Source: Octopus vulgaris | Lineage: Eukaryota | Length of the DNA stretch: 64,000 bases | Assembly (NCBI GenBank): GCA_951406725.2 | Contig: OX597814.1 | Coordinates: forward strand, 104,408,001 to 104,472,000 | Direction: 5' to 3' | Part shown: one piece after another, positions 26,344 to 39,240 of the stretch | Position numbering within the stretch: the stretch's first letter is position 1 | How the letters are laid out: every line of letters starts with the position of its first letter | The notes under the pieces: model-generated | The model's input: only the letters and a program-made list of their open reading frames with translations | Databases searched by the model: none | What the model was told of the DNA's origin: nothing | Program-made: the position numbers and the translations under genes

Positions 26344-26461
26344 TCTCTGACGAGGCCTTGAGATATATATAACTCATTTTTAACTGCATATTACCTCAAT
26401 ACATCTGACTAATATAGGCACAATGAGATACCTTTATCTACAGGCCGAAACAGCTGCAAGA
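26344..26461 (+). ncRNA. Hammerhead motif with very long loop 2 (PLE pseudo-LTR)
   Basis: UCU-CUGACGA-GGCCU[~83 nt]AGGCC-GAAA-CAGCUG-CA-AGA; U16.1 appears mutated to C relative to the 9741 copy. Confidence 0.55.
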
Positions 26462-26817
26462 TCCATTTTATATGAATTATTTTTATGATATTATCTTACT
26501 TATTGATGTATATTGTTTTATTCCGTTTTATTCTGTTGGATTTGGATGATCCTATTTAAGTAGCTAATAAATAATATGAATTGGTATTATCTGTAAGTTG
26601 ATGATTGAAAGGAATCTGTTCCTCCATTTTCTTATTTGTATTATGATTTTGAGGTAAAATATTTTACCTTCGCCCATCTAATACAATAAATGAATTTATG
26701 TATTTGCCTTTTGGGTACTTCACTAGCAGTATATTGGATAACTGATATCCCATAGTGGGTTACACTCATAACCCCTATCTCACTTTATACTTATATATAT
26801 ATATATATATATACACA

Positions 26818-26839
26818 CAAATGACTGAAATAAATAAAA

Positions 26840-26881
<42 letters not shown>

Positions 26882-26903
26882 TTTTATTTATTTCAGTCAT
26901 TTG
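26818..26903. repeat. Perfect palindrome of a SINE-B 3' tail mirrored across (TA)n
   Basis: caaatgactgaaataaataaaagaa-(ta)n-ttcttttatttatttcagtcatttg. Confidence 0.9.
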
Positions 26904-27692
26904 ACTGCAGCCATGCTGGACCACTGGTGCTATGTAAGATATATATATCTTATAAGTGACAGTCTTATAAAGGACGATGTTACTGTTGTTTTAGCCCAAG
27001 GAAAACATCTTTTCCAGTTGGCTATCGACTCACAATTTGTGTCCGTATAGCATTTGCAAGGGAGGTCATCGGCCATGTGTGTTTGTGATGAGTGCCCAGC
27101 AATCCGTTTCCCTAACCAAAAATCACCTCTGGAAAGAAATGCTTATGTGCGAAACAGAACACATCCTGTCGTACTCTTAGTTATGGATTCTGCCTGTCTG
27201 TCTCTGTATGTCTGACTGTACGTACGTATGTACGCACGCACGCACGCCACGCACGCATGTATGTATGTATGTATGTATGTATGTATGTATGTATGTATGT
27301 ATGTATGTATGTATGTATGTATGAGTGTAGGTGTGTATGCATATATATATATATATATATATATATGAATTAGTTGAATTAGATACTTAAATTGAGCTAC
27401 CTTACCGGTTAGGTATGGTCTGCATATATATATATATATATATATATGAATGATAGTTTATGGATCTGCTGCGGCCTGAAGATTGCTTGTCTAAACTACA
27501 CCTCCAATGTATGAAACTATTAATACCTCGTAACTGCATATTGTGTATATTATACGCTATATATATATATATATATATATACATACAGTAGTAACAGAAA
27601 AGAGGAATTTCGGTTGTCCCCACGTAGTGGATTGTAATGTATATAAGAAATTAAAAAAGGAATATACAGACACACACACACACACATATGTA

Positions 27693-29260
27693 GCCAACCT
27701 TCTTGGAAGCGGTAAACTCTATTAAGCAGATGTCTTCTGGCAAAGCACCTGACAGGGATGCTGTTCCTCCTGAAATCTACAAGCATGATGGACAGAAGCT
27801 TTTTTAAGAAACTGCACGACATCTTCATAAACATTTGAATGGTAAGCTGTGTACCACAGAACTTCAAGGATGCCTCAATTCAACATCTTTATAAGAACAA
27901 AGGAAACAGAACTGTCTGCGATAATCATCGTGGAATAACGCTTTTGTCTATTCTTGGTCGAGTCATTATTGACAGGATTATCAAACACGTTGTAAATGAT
28001 ATCTATCCACAATCACAGTGCAGATTTCGCTCTGGAAGTGACACAATCGACATGATCTTTTCTCTCCGTCTGGTCATGGAGAAGGTATTGGGTCATCCCA
28101 TAAATAATGCGGTTCTTTCAATTGCATGAACTAAAAACCAGAGAACAAGATGAACTACCTGCATCAACATGCTATAAAAGCAAGTAGTAATTTTACCTTG
28201 TACCTATTCTTAGCGCAAGTTTTGAAGAGTGCAGTTCGATTTTAGCAGTTGTATTTTCAATGCTACAACGGAAGTGGCAAAGGAGCATATTCGGAATATT
28301 TTGCTTTATGAGTTCCATAAAGGCAACAACGCAACAGAAAGTGCAAGGAACAGTAATCCAGTAGATGGGGATCGGACTATAAGCGTAAACCAGTGTCAGC
28401 AGATGTTCCAGAAATTCCGAACCGGAAATTACAGCCTAGAATACGATCCTCGTCCTGGAAGATCTGTAGAGTTCGGCGAGGATGTCCCGCAAACCCCGGT
28501 GGAACAAAATCCCGTCGTAACCGTTGAGGAACTAGCAGAGAAGCTTGGATTTGGTCATTCAACCAGTCATTCAAGTCAGCGCTAGAAGAAAAACAACCAT
28601 CTTTGGTTTGAAGACGAAAGGTGTTCTTCCATCAGGATAATGCTAGGCCACATACAGCGAAAATGATATTCCAAAGGCTGGAGTAGTTGGAATAGGAAAC
28701 GATATCTCACCCACCATATTCGCCGAACGTTGCCTCATCTGATTATCATCTATTCCGCAGTTTTGAAAATCATTTGGACGGAAAAAATATGAATTCTGCA
28801 GACCAGGTCAAAACAGTACTGGAGGAGCATTTTTCATTATGGACAAGTAAATTTTGGAAGAGAGGCCTTGCAAGTCTACCAGATAGATGGAAGATCCTTG
28901 TAGAAAATGGAGGAGAGTATATTTTAGATTAAAAAAGAACTTTGATTATCTTAATTTTGAAAAATAAAACAAGTATAAGAAAAACAACATTATTTATGGG
29001 ATGACCAAAAACGTGAGAAACATCAAGAGTTGTTCTTGATATTCGTTGACCTTACTAAGGCCCGCGACACTGTTAAGCAGCAAGCACTATGGAAAATTCT
29101 GAAAAATCTTGGTATATCTGACAAGATGTTGAATGTTATCTCCCTTCATGGAGGAATGAAGGCAGCTGTCGTGTCCAATGGGGAATCTTCGGCTTCCTTC
29201 GACGTTACAAACGGCGCAAGGCAGGGTCATGTTATAATCCCTGTTTCGTTTCACTGCCGT
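27693..29260 (+). mobile_element. RTE LINE RT fragment interrupted by a mariner
   Basis: IKQMSSGKAPDRDAVPPEIYK...VPQNFKDASIQHLYKNKGNRTVCDNHRGITLLS...DMIFSLRLVMEKV | REKHQELFLIFVDLTKA; the frame rejoins when the mariner is removed. Confidence 0.9.
28088..29009 (+). mobile_element. Internally deleted mariner transposon
   Basis: TIRs ttgggtcatcccataaataatg / cattatttatgggatgaccaaa; left TA site; HIRNILLYEFHKG..PRPGRS, FHQDNARPHTA and HPPYSPNVASSDYHLF motifs; WVPHEL and first-D region missing. Confidence 0.93.
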
Positions 29261-29299
29261 GTAGCAAAGCGGTTCGCACATATGCATCATACAGTCTAC

Positions 29300-30065
29300 T
29301 TTTCATCCTGAGCGAGAGGCCTTTAATTGCCAGCAGAGGTAGCAGCTCCCTGAACTTTGCCCAGGCTATTCTTATTCTAGCCGCTACACTCTGAGCAACC
29401 ACCCTCACTACAGACTTGGTCGCCTAGGTAGCAGAAACTATTAACTACTCCCCACCCCTGGCATGTGATGGAATCTGTTTTCTGTACATCTTCAGAGCTT
29501 ATTGCCCCTGTGCATCTGCCATACACAAAAACTGTTTTCCCGGTTAACCTTCCTTTGATATTGCTGCACTTTCTGTGTCCATAGCTTACACCGGGAACAT
29601 CGTATGGATTTTCTAGCCACGCCTTTTCTACAGATCGATCAGGGTCATCTACCTGAAGGAGTTTGTTATTTGTCAGCCTTCTTACTTACTAAGACTTTGG
29701 TTTTTGCTAGGTTAACTCTAAGGCCCTTCGGTTCTAGACCTTTGCTTCCACACCCTAAACTTCGTCTCTTGTTCTGATGGTGACATCAGCATGGAGGAGC
29801 TCCCAGGGGCAGCCTGTCTTGAATTCCTCTGTTATTGCCTGGGGGACTAAGATGGGGCTGAGGACTGATCCTTAGTGAACCCTACTTCGACTCGGAATTC
29901 TTCACAGTACTCGTTGCCAACCCTCACCTTACAGACAGCATCCCTGTACAGGGCTTGTACAGCTCTTACCAACCACTCGTCTATCCCCAGTTTCCGCATT
30001 GACCACTAGATAAGGGATCGGGGGACCCGGTCAAAGTCTTTCTCCAAGTCAACAAAAGCCAAATA
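29300..30065 (-). mobile_element. Second RTE-group LINE RT fragment (with Cys-rich insert)
   Basis: YLAFVDLEKDFDRVPR..RKLGIDEWLVRAVQALY..CPWELLHAD..GLRVNLAKTKVLV..FCYLGDQV..ARIRIAWAKFRELLPLL, with frameshifts. Confidence 0.85.
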
Positions 30066-30157
30066 TATTTGTATATGTATATACATATGTATATACATAT
30101 GTATATGTATATATACATACATATGTATATATATATACATACATATACATACATTAA

Positions 30158-30562
30158 GCGCAGGCGGAACTGAGTGATAAGAACTTTGTTGCCCAACCAT
30201 ACGGTTCCAGGTTCAATCCCACTGCGTGACACCTTGGGTAAGTGTCTTCTATTATAGCCTCAGATCGACCAAAGCCTTATCAGTGAATTTGGTATAGGGA
30301 GGCTGAAAGAGGCTCGTTGTATATACACTTATATGTGTGTGTGTGATTTTGTATTTATGTTTGTCTGCCATCACTGCTTGACAACCGGTGCCGGTTTGTT
30401 TTCGTCCCCGTAACTTAGTATTTCGGCAAAAAATGATCGGTGAAATAAACACCAACATAAAAAAAATATAAGTACTGGGGTCGATTCATTGGACTAAAAA
30501 TTCTTGAAAGCGGTGCTCCAGCATGGCCGCACTCTAATGACTGAAAAAAAGTAAGTAAAAGA
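30158..30562 (+). mobile_element. SINE family B, full length
   Basis: Head, central (GT)n and tail gcggtgctccagcatggccgc. Confidence 0.85.
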
Positions 30563-31247
30563 TCTATCCATATACGGGTTTTTAATGGTCTGCGACGCCG
30601 CCACCCTTCGGCTCCACCAAACTACTTCACGCTGCCATCATCCTACTAATAAACGCAAATGATCTCTGACTATACAAAGCAATCGAAGCATCTGTTGCAA
30701 ATTGGAACTCTTCTATCGGAAGGCGGAAAAGGTAGAGAATGCTAATTACCATTCTATATTGATTTCCGTTTATTTCTATTGGTTAATCAATGATTCCTTT
30801 GTCAGCGTTGTTCAGGAATTCCAGTTTGCTGGCGAGTCGACTTTCATGTATTTTACAAAGGTATTAAGTGATTGGGTTTGTAGTCGGAAGAAGAGAGAGA
30901 GGGAGGAGCGACGAAGAGGGAGAAGGTCAATTGATTCGTTTAATTCTGCTAATAATATCTCTGCCTTTTTTCTATTTACCATTCCACTGGTTGTGATTGC
31001 TTTGTTTTGCTGTTACCTCTCGCCACAGCCGTTTCCGTCATATTCTTTGGATTTCAACGACCCGGATTCAACCAGTAGTTTATATAAAAACGCTTAGAAA
31101 GCGGTTAATATTATATTATGGATGTTGAGGAAGCTGAAGGTAGCAGAGCAGAACAAGTACAGATAGCGGCATAAAAACCTCCCGTATTTTACACGGCATT
31201 TACAGTGGCGCTAGTGTAGTTAGGCAAGTGATGATGGTGTCGCCATC

Positions 31248-31469
31248 TACTCTTTTACTCTTTTACTTGTTTCAGTCATTTGACTGCGGCCATGCTGGAG
31301 CACCGCCTTTAGTCGAGCAAATCGACCCCAGGACTTATTCATTGTAAGCCTAGTACTTATCCCATCGGTCTTTTGCCGAGCCGCTAAGTTACAGGGGCGT
31401 AGAAATACCAGCATCGGTTGTCAAGCGATGATGGGGGTGAGGCAAACACAGACACACAAACACACAAAT

Positions 31470-31540
<71 letters not shown>

Positions 31541-31717
31541 CACATACATATATACGACGGGTTTCTTTCAGTTTTCGTCTACCAAATCTACTCACAAGGC
31601 TTTGGTCGGTCCGGCTATAGTAGAAGACACTTGCCCAAGGTACTACGCAGTGGGACTGAACCCGGAACCATGTGGTTGGTAAAGAAGCTACTTACCACAC
31701 AACCACTCCTGCGCCTA
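31248..31717 (-). mobile_element. SINE family B, full length, well preserved
   Basis: Head GGCGCAGGAGTGGTTGTGTGGTAAG...GGTTCAGTCCC, central (GT)n, tail with (GTAAAAGA)n. Confidence 0.9.
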
Positions 31718-31954
31718 ATAGTTCATGTTTGTCTTTTTTATTTCTCCGTTTTCGCCAGGATTTACACCCATACATGGTGTATGTTTGTAGCCGAAAATCT
31801 TTTCAGTGTGTTAAATGTGGGAGGCTTTTTGCCGCACTCTCTATTTAGAGTGGATGACGAAATGATTCGCGGCATTTAGCCATGATCTGTTGGTTTGTGA
31901 GTTCGAATCCCTGCGAGATCCACTCTGTCTCTGATCCGTCTACTTCTTATCTTG

Positions 31955-32365
31955 TATCCTTTACTTGTTTCAGTTATTACACTGCGGCCATACTGGGGCA
32001 CTGCTTTGAGGAATTTTTAGTCGAATGAATCAACAGGGGTACTTATTTTTTAAAGCCGCGTACTTTTGCTATCAGACCCATTTGCCGAATCGCTAAGTTA
32101 TGGGGATATAACAACACCAACACCGGTTTTCAAGCGGTGGTGGGGACAAATACAGACACAAAGAAACACATACACGCACGTGCGCGCACACATACACACA
32201 CACACACGATGGGCTTCTTTCAGTTTCCGCATATCAAATCCACTCACAAGGTCCGAAGCCCGAGGTTATATTGGAAGACACTTGCCCAAGGTGCCACGCA
32301 GAGTGATTGAAATCGGAACCATGAAGTTGTGAAGCAAACTTCTTATCACACAGCCATGCTTGCGC
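31955..32365 (-). mobile_element. SINE family B, diverged
   Basis: Colinear with 31248-31717. Confidence 0.8.
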
Positions 32366-32816
32366 TTCATCGATGAAACAGAACACCAGAGTAATACAGA
32401 GATCGATGTAATTGACTATATCTCACGTCCCCCCCCATCAAATCATTTGTGGCCTCGTCTCTATGTTAGAAATCAATGTGGTATTATAAATGAGTGTTCA
32501 TAGACAGAGATATCTGTAGCTCTTGTATTTAGTTTTGTCGCTTTACCTCCTGAGTTCCAATTTCACTGATGTTGACTTCGTCTTTTATTCCTTCAGGGTC
32601 AACAAAATAATCGCCTATAATCACCTCTAGAATGTCCGACCTCACCTATGTGTCATAGTAGGTCTTAAGAATGATAAGGCGCAAAATGATTTGCTGTATT
32701 AAGTTTCGTATTTCGGAGTTTCGAGTTCGAATCTTGTCTGGATTAATTCATATTTGATACTTGCAAATCTATTATAGAGATTAATTATTGATTTCGATCA
32801 CCGAACCATCCTGCTC

Positions 32817-32851
<35 letters not shown>

Positions 32852-33734
32852 GTGTGTTCCATATGTGTTGTGAAGCAATGGATCTGTCCCTGGAAAATTT
32901 CCTCTCCAAGATGCAGGCTTAGAGAAGGGTTTGTTTTGAAGAGTAGCAATCACTGATGCATGCAAGTGACATCTCTTGATGCTACTGATATTGTGCAAAG
33001 AAACCATGCCTCGAAGACGTTGCCATCATAATTCAAAGATCCGGAGCATATCGCACCAAAAATAGTCCGACCCTCGAATAATTCCATCAATCTCTCGCCC
33101 TGGGCAGGTAGTTCTGATCTCAATGGGTTTTGAATTCAGAGTTCAGAAAACTAGACTGTAGAATTCAAAGCATTTTATCCGACCCCTCAACATCTCCCCC
33201 ACCATCTCAGTGACAGAAAGTCACGCAATTTGGGAGGGGATGATATTGATTGAAACTTATGTATCGAGTCTGTTGAAGTATGGAATGGATGAAATTTATT
33301 GACCCCGGAAGTAGAAAGTTTAAAGTTGTCACCAGGCTGAACTTAAAGGTAATTTGTTCGTCATTCTACCGATTCTCTTAAGATGAAGGTCACCTGATTG
33401 ATTTGTCTTCCATTCAAAACATGGAGACGAATACTTGGTTGGTGCTTAACGACTTCCAGAGTATTGCCATTGCTCAATATAATTTCTAAGGGAAATTCTA
33501 AGAGATATTAAAGGAATTACAAAGAGGAACCATATTAGTCCATCTCAATTTCTGAAAGATCTTCAGAATTTGGTAATAAATTTCGCGAAAAATAAAAAGA
33601 ATAACGAAAAAATGAAACTTTTCTCCGAAATATTTGTAATTCGTAATCTGTGTCGAAATATTACTCCGAGTAGTTGTTGTTCAGTCCAAATCGAGCAGAT
33701 TAAAGGTCGACGCTTTACTGAAACTCAGAGTAAT

Positions 33735-34068
33735 TATAACTGGCACCCCGTCGGTGTTTACGACGATCAGTGTTCGTGATGATCGGATCAACGAAATAGC
33801 TTGCTCGTAAAATCAACGTGCAATTAGCTGATTACTCCACAGGCATGCGTACTCTTAATGTAGTTCTTAGGACGATTCAGCGTGACATAGAATGCGACAA
33901 GGCTAGCCCTCTCAAATACAGATACTTCTCATTTTTGCCAGCCGCGTGGACTGGAGCAACGTGAAATAAAGTGTCCTGCCTAAGGACTCAACGCTCCACC
34001 GGGAATCGAACTCACGTCCATACAATCGTGAACCGAATACGCTAACCACTAAACCACGCGCCTTCACA
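33735..34068 (-). mobile_element. tRNA-derived SINE (same as 2160-2482)
   Basis: A/B boxes and colinear body. Confidence 0.8.
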
Positions 34069-35076
34069 GAGTAATTATAGCTCTATATTATAAGGGGGAG
34101 ATAACTGAAGTTAGATCATAGGTGTTCATGACTGAATCAATAACATTTATTTGCTCTTAGTTGTGAGTTCAGTTCTCCTCGAGCTCGGTTTTATATTTTC
34201 ACTTTCCAAAATCAATGTAATAGATATCAGTAATACTATGGGGCTAAATTGCTATCATCTATACTGATTCCCTTTATAAGAAAACTGATACTGACATTCT
34301 TGAAATAGCAACCAAATTTCCTTCAAATCACAACCTACCGATTAGAAGAATGAAGGTCATATTGAAGAATGTAGTGCGTGATAGTCTGGAAATATTTCAA
34401 ATTTTGACACCAACCTTGAAAGGATAAAAGGAAAAGTCGACCACAGAGGAATTTGAACCCAGGTCTCAATGAGCGGAAATAAATGCCGATAAGCATTTTC
34501 CCAACATGTTAACGATTCTGCCAGGTCACCACCTTGACTACGTCTAAAAAGAAGACGTGACGGTCACGGTTGGAACGTGTTTAAAAGGGATCTGTCACCT
34601 CAATTCTCTCATTTTCCTAGGATAAACAACAGCAACAACAACAGCAGCAATAACAGCAACAACAACAGCAACAACAACAACAACAACAACAACAACAGAA
34701 ACTCCATTAACGAAATGGCGGTTTGTATGTTAAATAAGAAATCAGTTATTGCTGATTTCGCCATAACAAACCGGAAGTCATTAATCAATTGAAACATATT
34801 TCAAAGTAATCAAACAATCGATCAAATAATTAACTAAACAATTGGAAATTTATTATCATCGTTTCCTTCTCTCTTTCTCTCTTTCTCTGTCTTTTCGTCA
34901 TTTCCTTCCTTCCTTTCTTCGTTATTTCATTCTTTTCTTCCGTCTACTAAAGTGAAATGATTTATCTTGTGATAATATTTACAAGATGTCAGCAATTGGA
35001 CCAGCTTTTCTTAATAGCAACTGGTTATTGAACGTCGTTCGGTCTGTGTGGCTGAATGCGTTTGATGTTTGTTACT

Positions 35077-35107
<31 letters not shown>

Positions 35108-36277
35108 AGTGTGTGTGTGTGTGTGTATGTGTGTGTCTGTGTGTCTGTGCATCATCATATGAATAAAACTGTGCATATTAGTATGCGTATATATGCATGT
35201 TTTTGTGTATGTTGAAATACATGAATTTGTGTAAATATTTTTATAGTTTTGTCATATATACATACACACACCCACACATACACACACACGCATGCACACA
35301 CATATATACATATGCATACATATATGTATACATATGTTTGCATACGTATATATGTGTGCATCTTCATATAATTATGTTAGTGCACTTTAGTGTGTGTGTG
35401 TGTATGTATACATGTGTTTGTTTACATAGATGAGTTTGTGTAAATATCTTTGTGTGTATGTACACATGTATATAAGTATATATGTACAAACACACATACA
35501 TATATGTATGTATGTGTGTGCGTGTGTGTGTGTGTATTTACATAACTCTAGCGGTGATTGAGTAAATTTACCAATGTCCATATCAACCTTTGTAGTGAAA
35601 TTCTTGAAGCATTCTCATTAGACATTAACAAAGAATGTTTGCGTTAAATATTTATTTTGATATCATCAATAACTCTGCTTTTTACGTAGAAATAATTTTA
35701 CTTGTCTAACAGTGACACCTGGGACACATTAGATCAATAGTGACTAATATTATTCATTTCTAAAACTGGCACAAAGCTGCAACTTTTGTAGGATGTAAAA
35801 GTCGATGAAATCCACCAGAATATTTCACTGGTACTTTATTTCTCTGGCCCTGAGTATATAGAAGATAAAACTGAGCTGGACAGGATTTGAACACAGAACG
35901 TAAATGGCTGTTTCTAAACAGTATCACGTATTTTGTCTGAAACTTTAACGATCCGGCCAAACCATTGTTCCGATGGCCAATAATGTTGCGACATCAGTGA
36001 CAGAAAAGCCACTGTAAATCTATATATCGTTGGCAGTGAAATTTGGCTGGAATGCGGTGAGCGGGGAACTGGCACTGAAGATACGCAGCACGTCACAATC
36101 ACATGATCTGGTAGTTCCAGCGGCCATAGCAGACAATTCTCGATTGTCAACGATATTGATATATGTGCTTTGATGCAGCAGCATGCATCCATATGAGAGG
36201 TCCTCTCGGAGTAAATAAGGCAGTATTCGGTGTTCTAATATGACAGCCACGTTAAGTTGGCGATAAAGATTGCCTCA

Positions 36278-36690
36278 TCTATATATATAAAACTGAGAAT
36301 GTGTGTCTGTCTGTCTGTGTGAATCCCTAAAACTCGAGAACTACACAACCAATTTCATTCAAATTTTACACATGCCTTACTTAGGGTCCAAAAAATGTTT
36401 AATTTCCTGCCTAGGACGAGCCCACAGCAATATCATATCTTCTCCACTATTTCAGTATTACGTGTTAAAAGTGAAACAAAAACATCTCTCTATTGTAATG
36501 TCAGATACTTTCATTTTAATACTGAAACTATTAAAGTCAAACTATTATATAAGAGGGATGAACCATTAACAGTGGACATCAATTTTGCTAGAAGTTCTAT
36601 GATCTTATGCTACACCACTGGTTTTCAATTCATATTAATCAAATTAATATTCAATTTCTCACCCTTATTATTTTAAATTTAAATTTAAAC
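36278..36690 (+). mobile_element. Helitron-like 5' fragment (partial second copy at ~37014-37093)
   Basis: A|TCTATATATATAAAAC...gtctgtctgtgtg start resembles the other Helitron 5' ends; no 3' CTAG found. Confidence 0.5.
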
Positions 36691-36691
36691 A

Positions 36692-37002
36692 CAGGACCAT
36701 GTGTTTTGGAACGAAGTTTGTTACCACACAGCCACACCTGCACCTATGTGTGTGTGTGTGTGTGTGCATGTGTGTATAGCTGTATATGTATACATTTATT
36801 TCTATACATATAGATGTATATGTATACATGTATATGTGTAGATGTATATATATATAGATGTACATGTAATATGTACACGTATATTCACATATATACATAT
36901 ATACACCCATACACACACAGGTGCAAGTGTGGCTGTGTAGTAACAAACTTCGTTCCATAACACATGGTTCTAGGTTCAGTCCCACTGTGTGGTGACTTGG
37001 CA
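36692..37002. repeat. Back-to-back inverted SINE-B heads around a TA/TG-rich spacer
   Basis: accatgtgttttggaacgaagtttgttaccacacagccacacctgcacct versus aggtgcaagtgtggctgtgtagtaacaaacttcgttccataacacatggt. Confidence 0.8.
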
Positions 37003-37339
37003 TGAAATGGGTGCCTGTCTGTGTGAAACCCTAAAACAAGAGAACTACATAAACAATTTCATTCAAATTTTACACGTGCCTTAATTAGGGTCCTGAGGCG
37101 ACTGTCCACAGCTACCGGCCCACAGTCGATCAGAGCGAGCTCTGGACGACATTGCGGCGACTGTCCACAGTCGACGCTACGGCTCGGCTCGGCTTGGCTC
37201 GGCTCGGCTTGGCTCGGCTCGGCTCGGCTTGCCTTGCCTTGCCTTGCCTTGGCAACATAAAATAGGATAATATAGAAAACGAAATTGTTTTGCGAACAAC
37301 GAAAGCATCAGATGTAAAAAAAGACAGGCAGCATAAAAA

Positions 37340-38560
37340 CATGTGTGTGTATCTATGTGTGTGTGTGTATGTATGTATGTATGTATGTATGTATGTATGT
37401 ATGTATGTATGTATGTATGTATGTGTATATGTCTGTATGTATGTGTATGTATGTATGCATGTGCATCTATGTATGTGTATGTCTGTATGTATGTGTACAT
37501 ATGTATGAATATGTATGTATGCATGTGTGTGTGTAAGTGCATGTGTGTGTGCGTAAGTGTATGTATGTATGTGCATGTATTTATGTGCATGTATTTATGT
37601 GTATGTCTGTATGTGTATGTCTGTATGTGTTTGTGTATGTGCATGTATGTATGTGTATGTATGCATGTGTATGTATGTGTATGTATGCATGTGTATGTAT
37701 GTATATGTATGTGTATATATGCATGTGTATGTATGTGTATGTATGTGTGTGTATGTGTATGTATGTGCATGCATGTATGTGTATGTATGTGTATGTGTAT
37801 GTATGTATGTATGTGTATGTATGTGTATGTATGTATGTGTATGTACGTGTATGTATTAATGTGTATCTTTGTGTATGTACGTATTATGTGTATGTTTGCG
37901 TATGTATGTGTGTATCTGTACGTGTATGTATGTGTACGCATGTATGTATATGTATCTACGTGTATGTATGTATGTGTATGTATGTATGTATGTATGTATG
38001 TATATGTGCATGTGTATATGTATGTATGTATGTGTAAGTATGTATGCTATATGTATGTATGTGTAAGTATGTATGCACATGTATGTATGCATATGTGTGT
38101 GTAAGTGCATGTATGTGTGCGTAAGTGCATGTATGTATGTATGTATGTGCATGTATTTATGTGCATGTATTTATGTGTATGTCTGTATGTGTATGTCTGT
38201 ATGTGTATGTGTATGTGCATGTATGTATGTATGTGTATGTATGCATGTGTATGTATGTGTATGTATGCATGTGTATGTATGTGTATCTGTATGTATGCAT
38301 GTGTATGTATGTGTATGTATGTGTGTATGTATGTATATACGTGTATGTATGCATGTGTATGTATGTGTATGTATGTGTGTGTATGCATGCATGTATGTAT
38401 GTGTATGTATGTGTGTGTATGTGTATGTATGTGCATGCATGTATGTGTATGTATGTATGTATGTGTATGTGTATGTATGTATGTATGTGTATGTATGTAT
38501 GTGTATGTATGTATGTGTATGTATGTATGTGTATGTACGTGTATGTATTTATGTGCATCT
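37340..38560. repeat. ~1.2-kb compound (GTAT/GT/GCAT) satellite with higher-order duplication
   Basis: Marker block gtgtaagtgcatgt...gcgtaagtg...ttatgtgcatgtatttatgtg occurs at ~37530 and ~38099. Confidence 0.9.
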
Positions 38561-38580
38561 TTGAGTATGGCATCCTGACT

Positions 38581-38648
<68 letters not shown>

Positions 38649-38866
38649 GGTAAATAAATAAAAGGAGTTGGACGGAGATGCTATTCAAATTCTTTTACTT
38701 TCGACATATGTTTCGAATTATTTTCGAATAATTACTGCACATTAACCCTGAGTTTTTACCTTTGAATTGGTTGCTACATTCCTGTTACTTGCTTGAATTT
38801 TGCTACCCTGGTAACTGTTTATTGAATTTTCCATGTTAACGGTAAACAAAGGATAATTCATTCATC

Positions 38867-38923
<57 letters not shown>

Positions 38924-39077
38924 ATATATGGGATTGAACCCAGAACCATGTGGTTGAGAAGTAACCTCATCACACAGCCACGTCTTCGTTTTTTTTATTT
39001 TTTTGCCGAAATTAATAAAATAAGTATTTCTGCTGAAATGTTTGTTGCTTCGATTGAATGTATCGCCTGCAGAACTG

Positions 39078-39240
39078 CGTAGCGTTGAGTCAACGCTACG
39101 GGTGGGGTGAGTAGAATCAACACAGTTGTCTCCTTTTGTCATCCTCTCTTCAAACCCAGTCGGAATCACCGAAGCCTTCTCTCGTTCCTGCGGTTGATAA
39201 AATAAATACCTGTCACTGACGTCACGAGAAGTTATAAAAT
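39078..39240. promoter_or_regulatory. Candidate cis-regulatory cluster: palindrome-embedded AP-1 site, CRE and TATA-like box
   Basis: cgtagcgt-TGAGTCA-acgctacg at 39078-39100; TGACGTCA at 39217-39224; TATAAAA at 39233-39239. Confidence 0.3.

Noticed and set aside
37130-38688. Many 100-250 aa ORFs
   Set aside because: Stop-poor GT/AT satellite; no coding signal.
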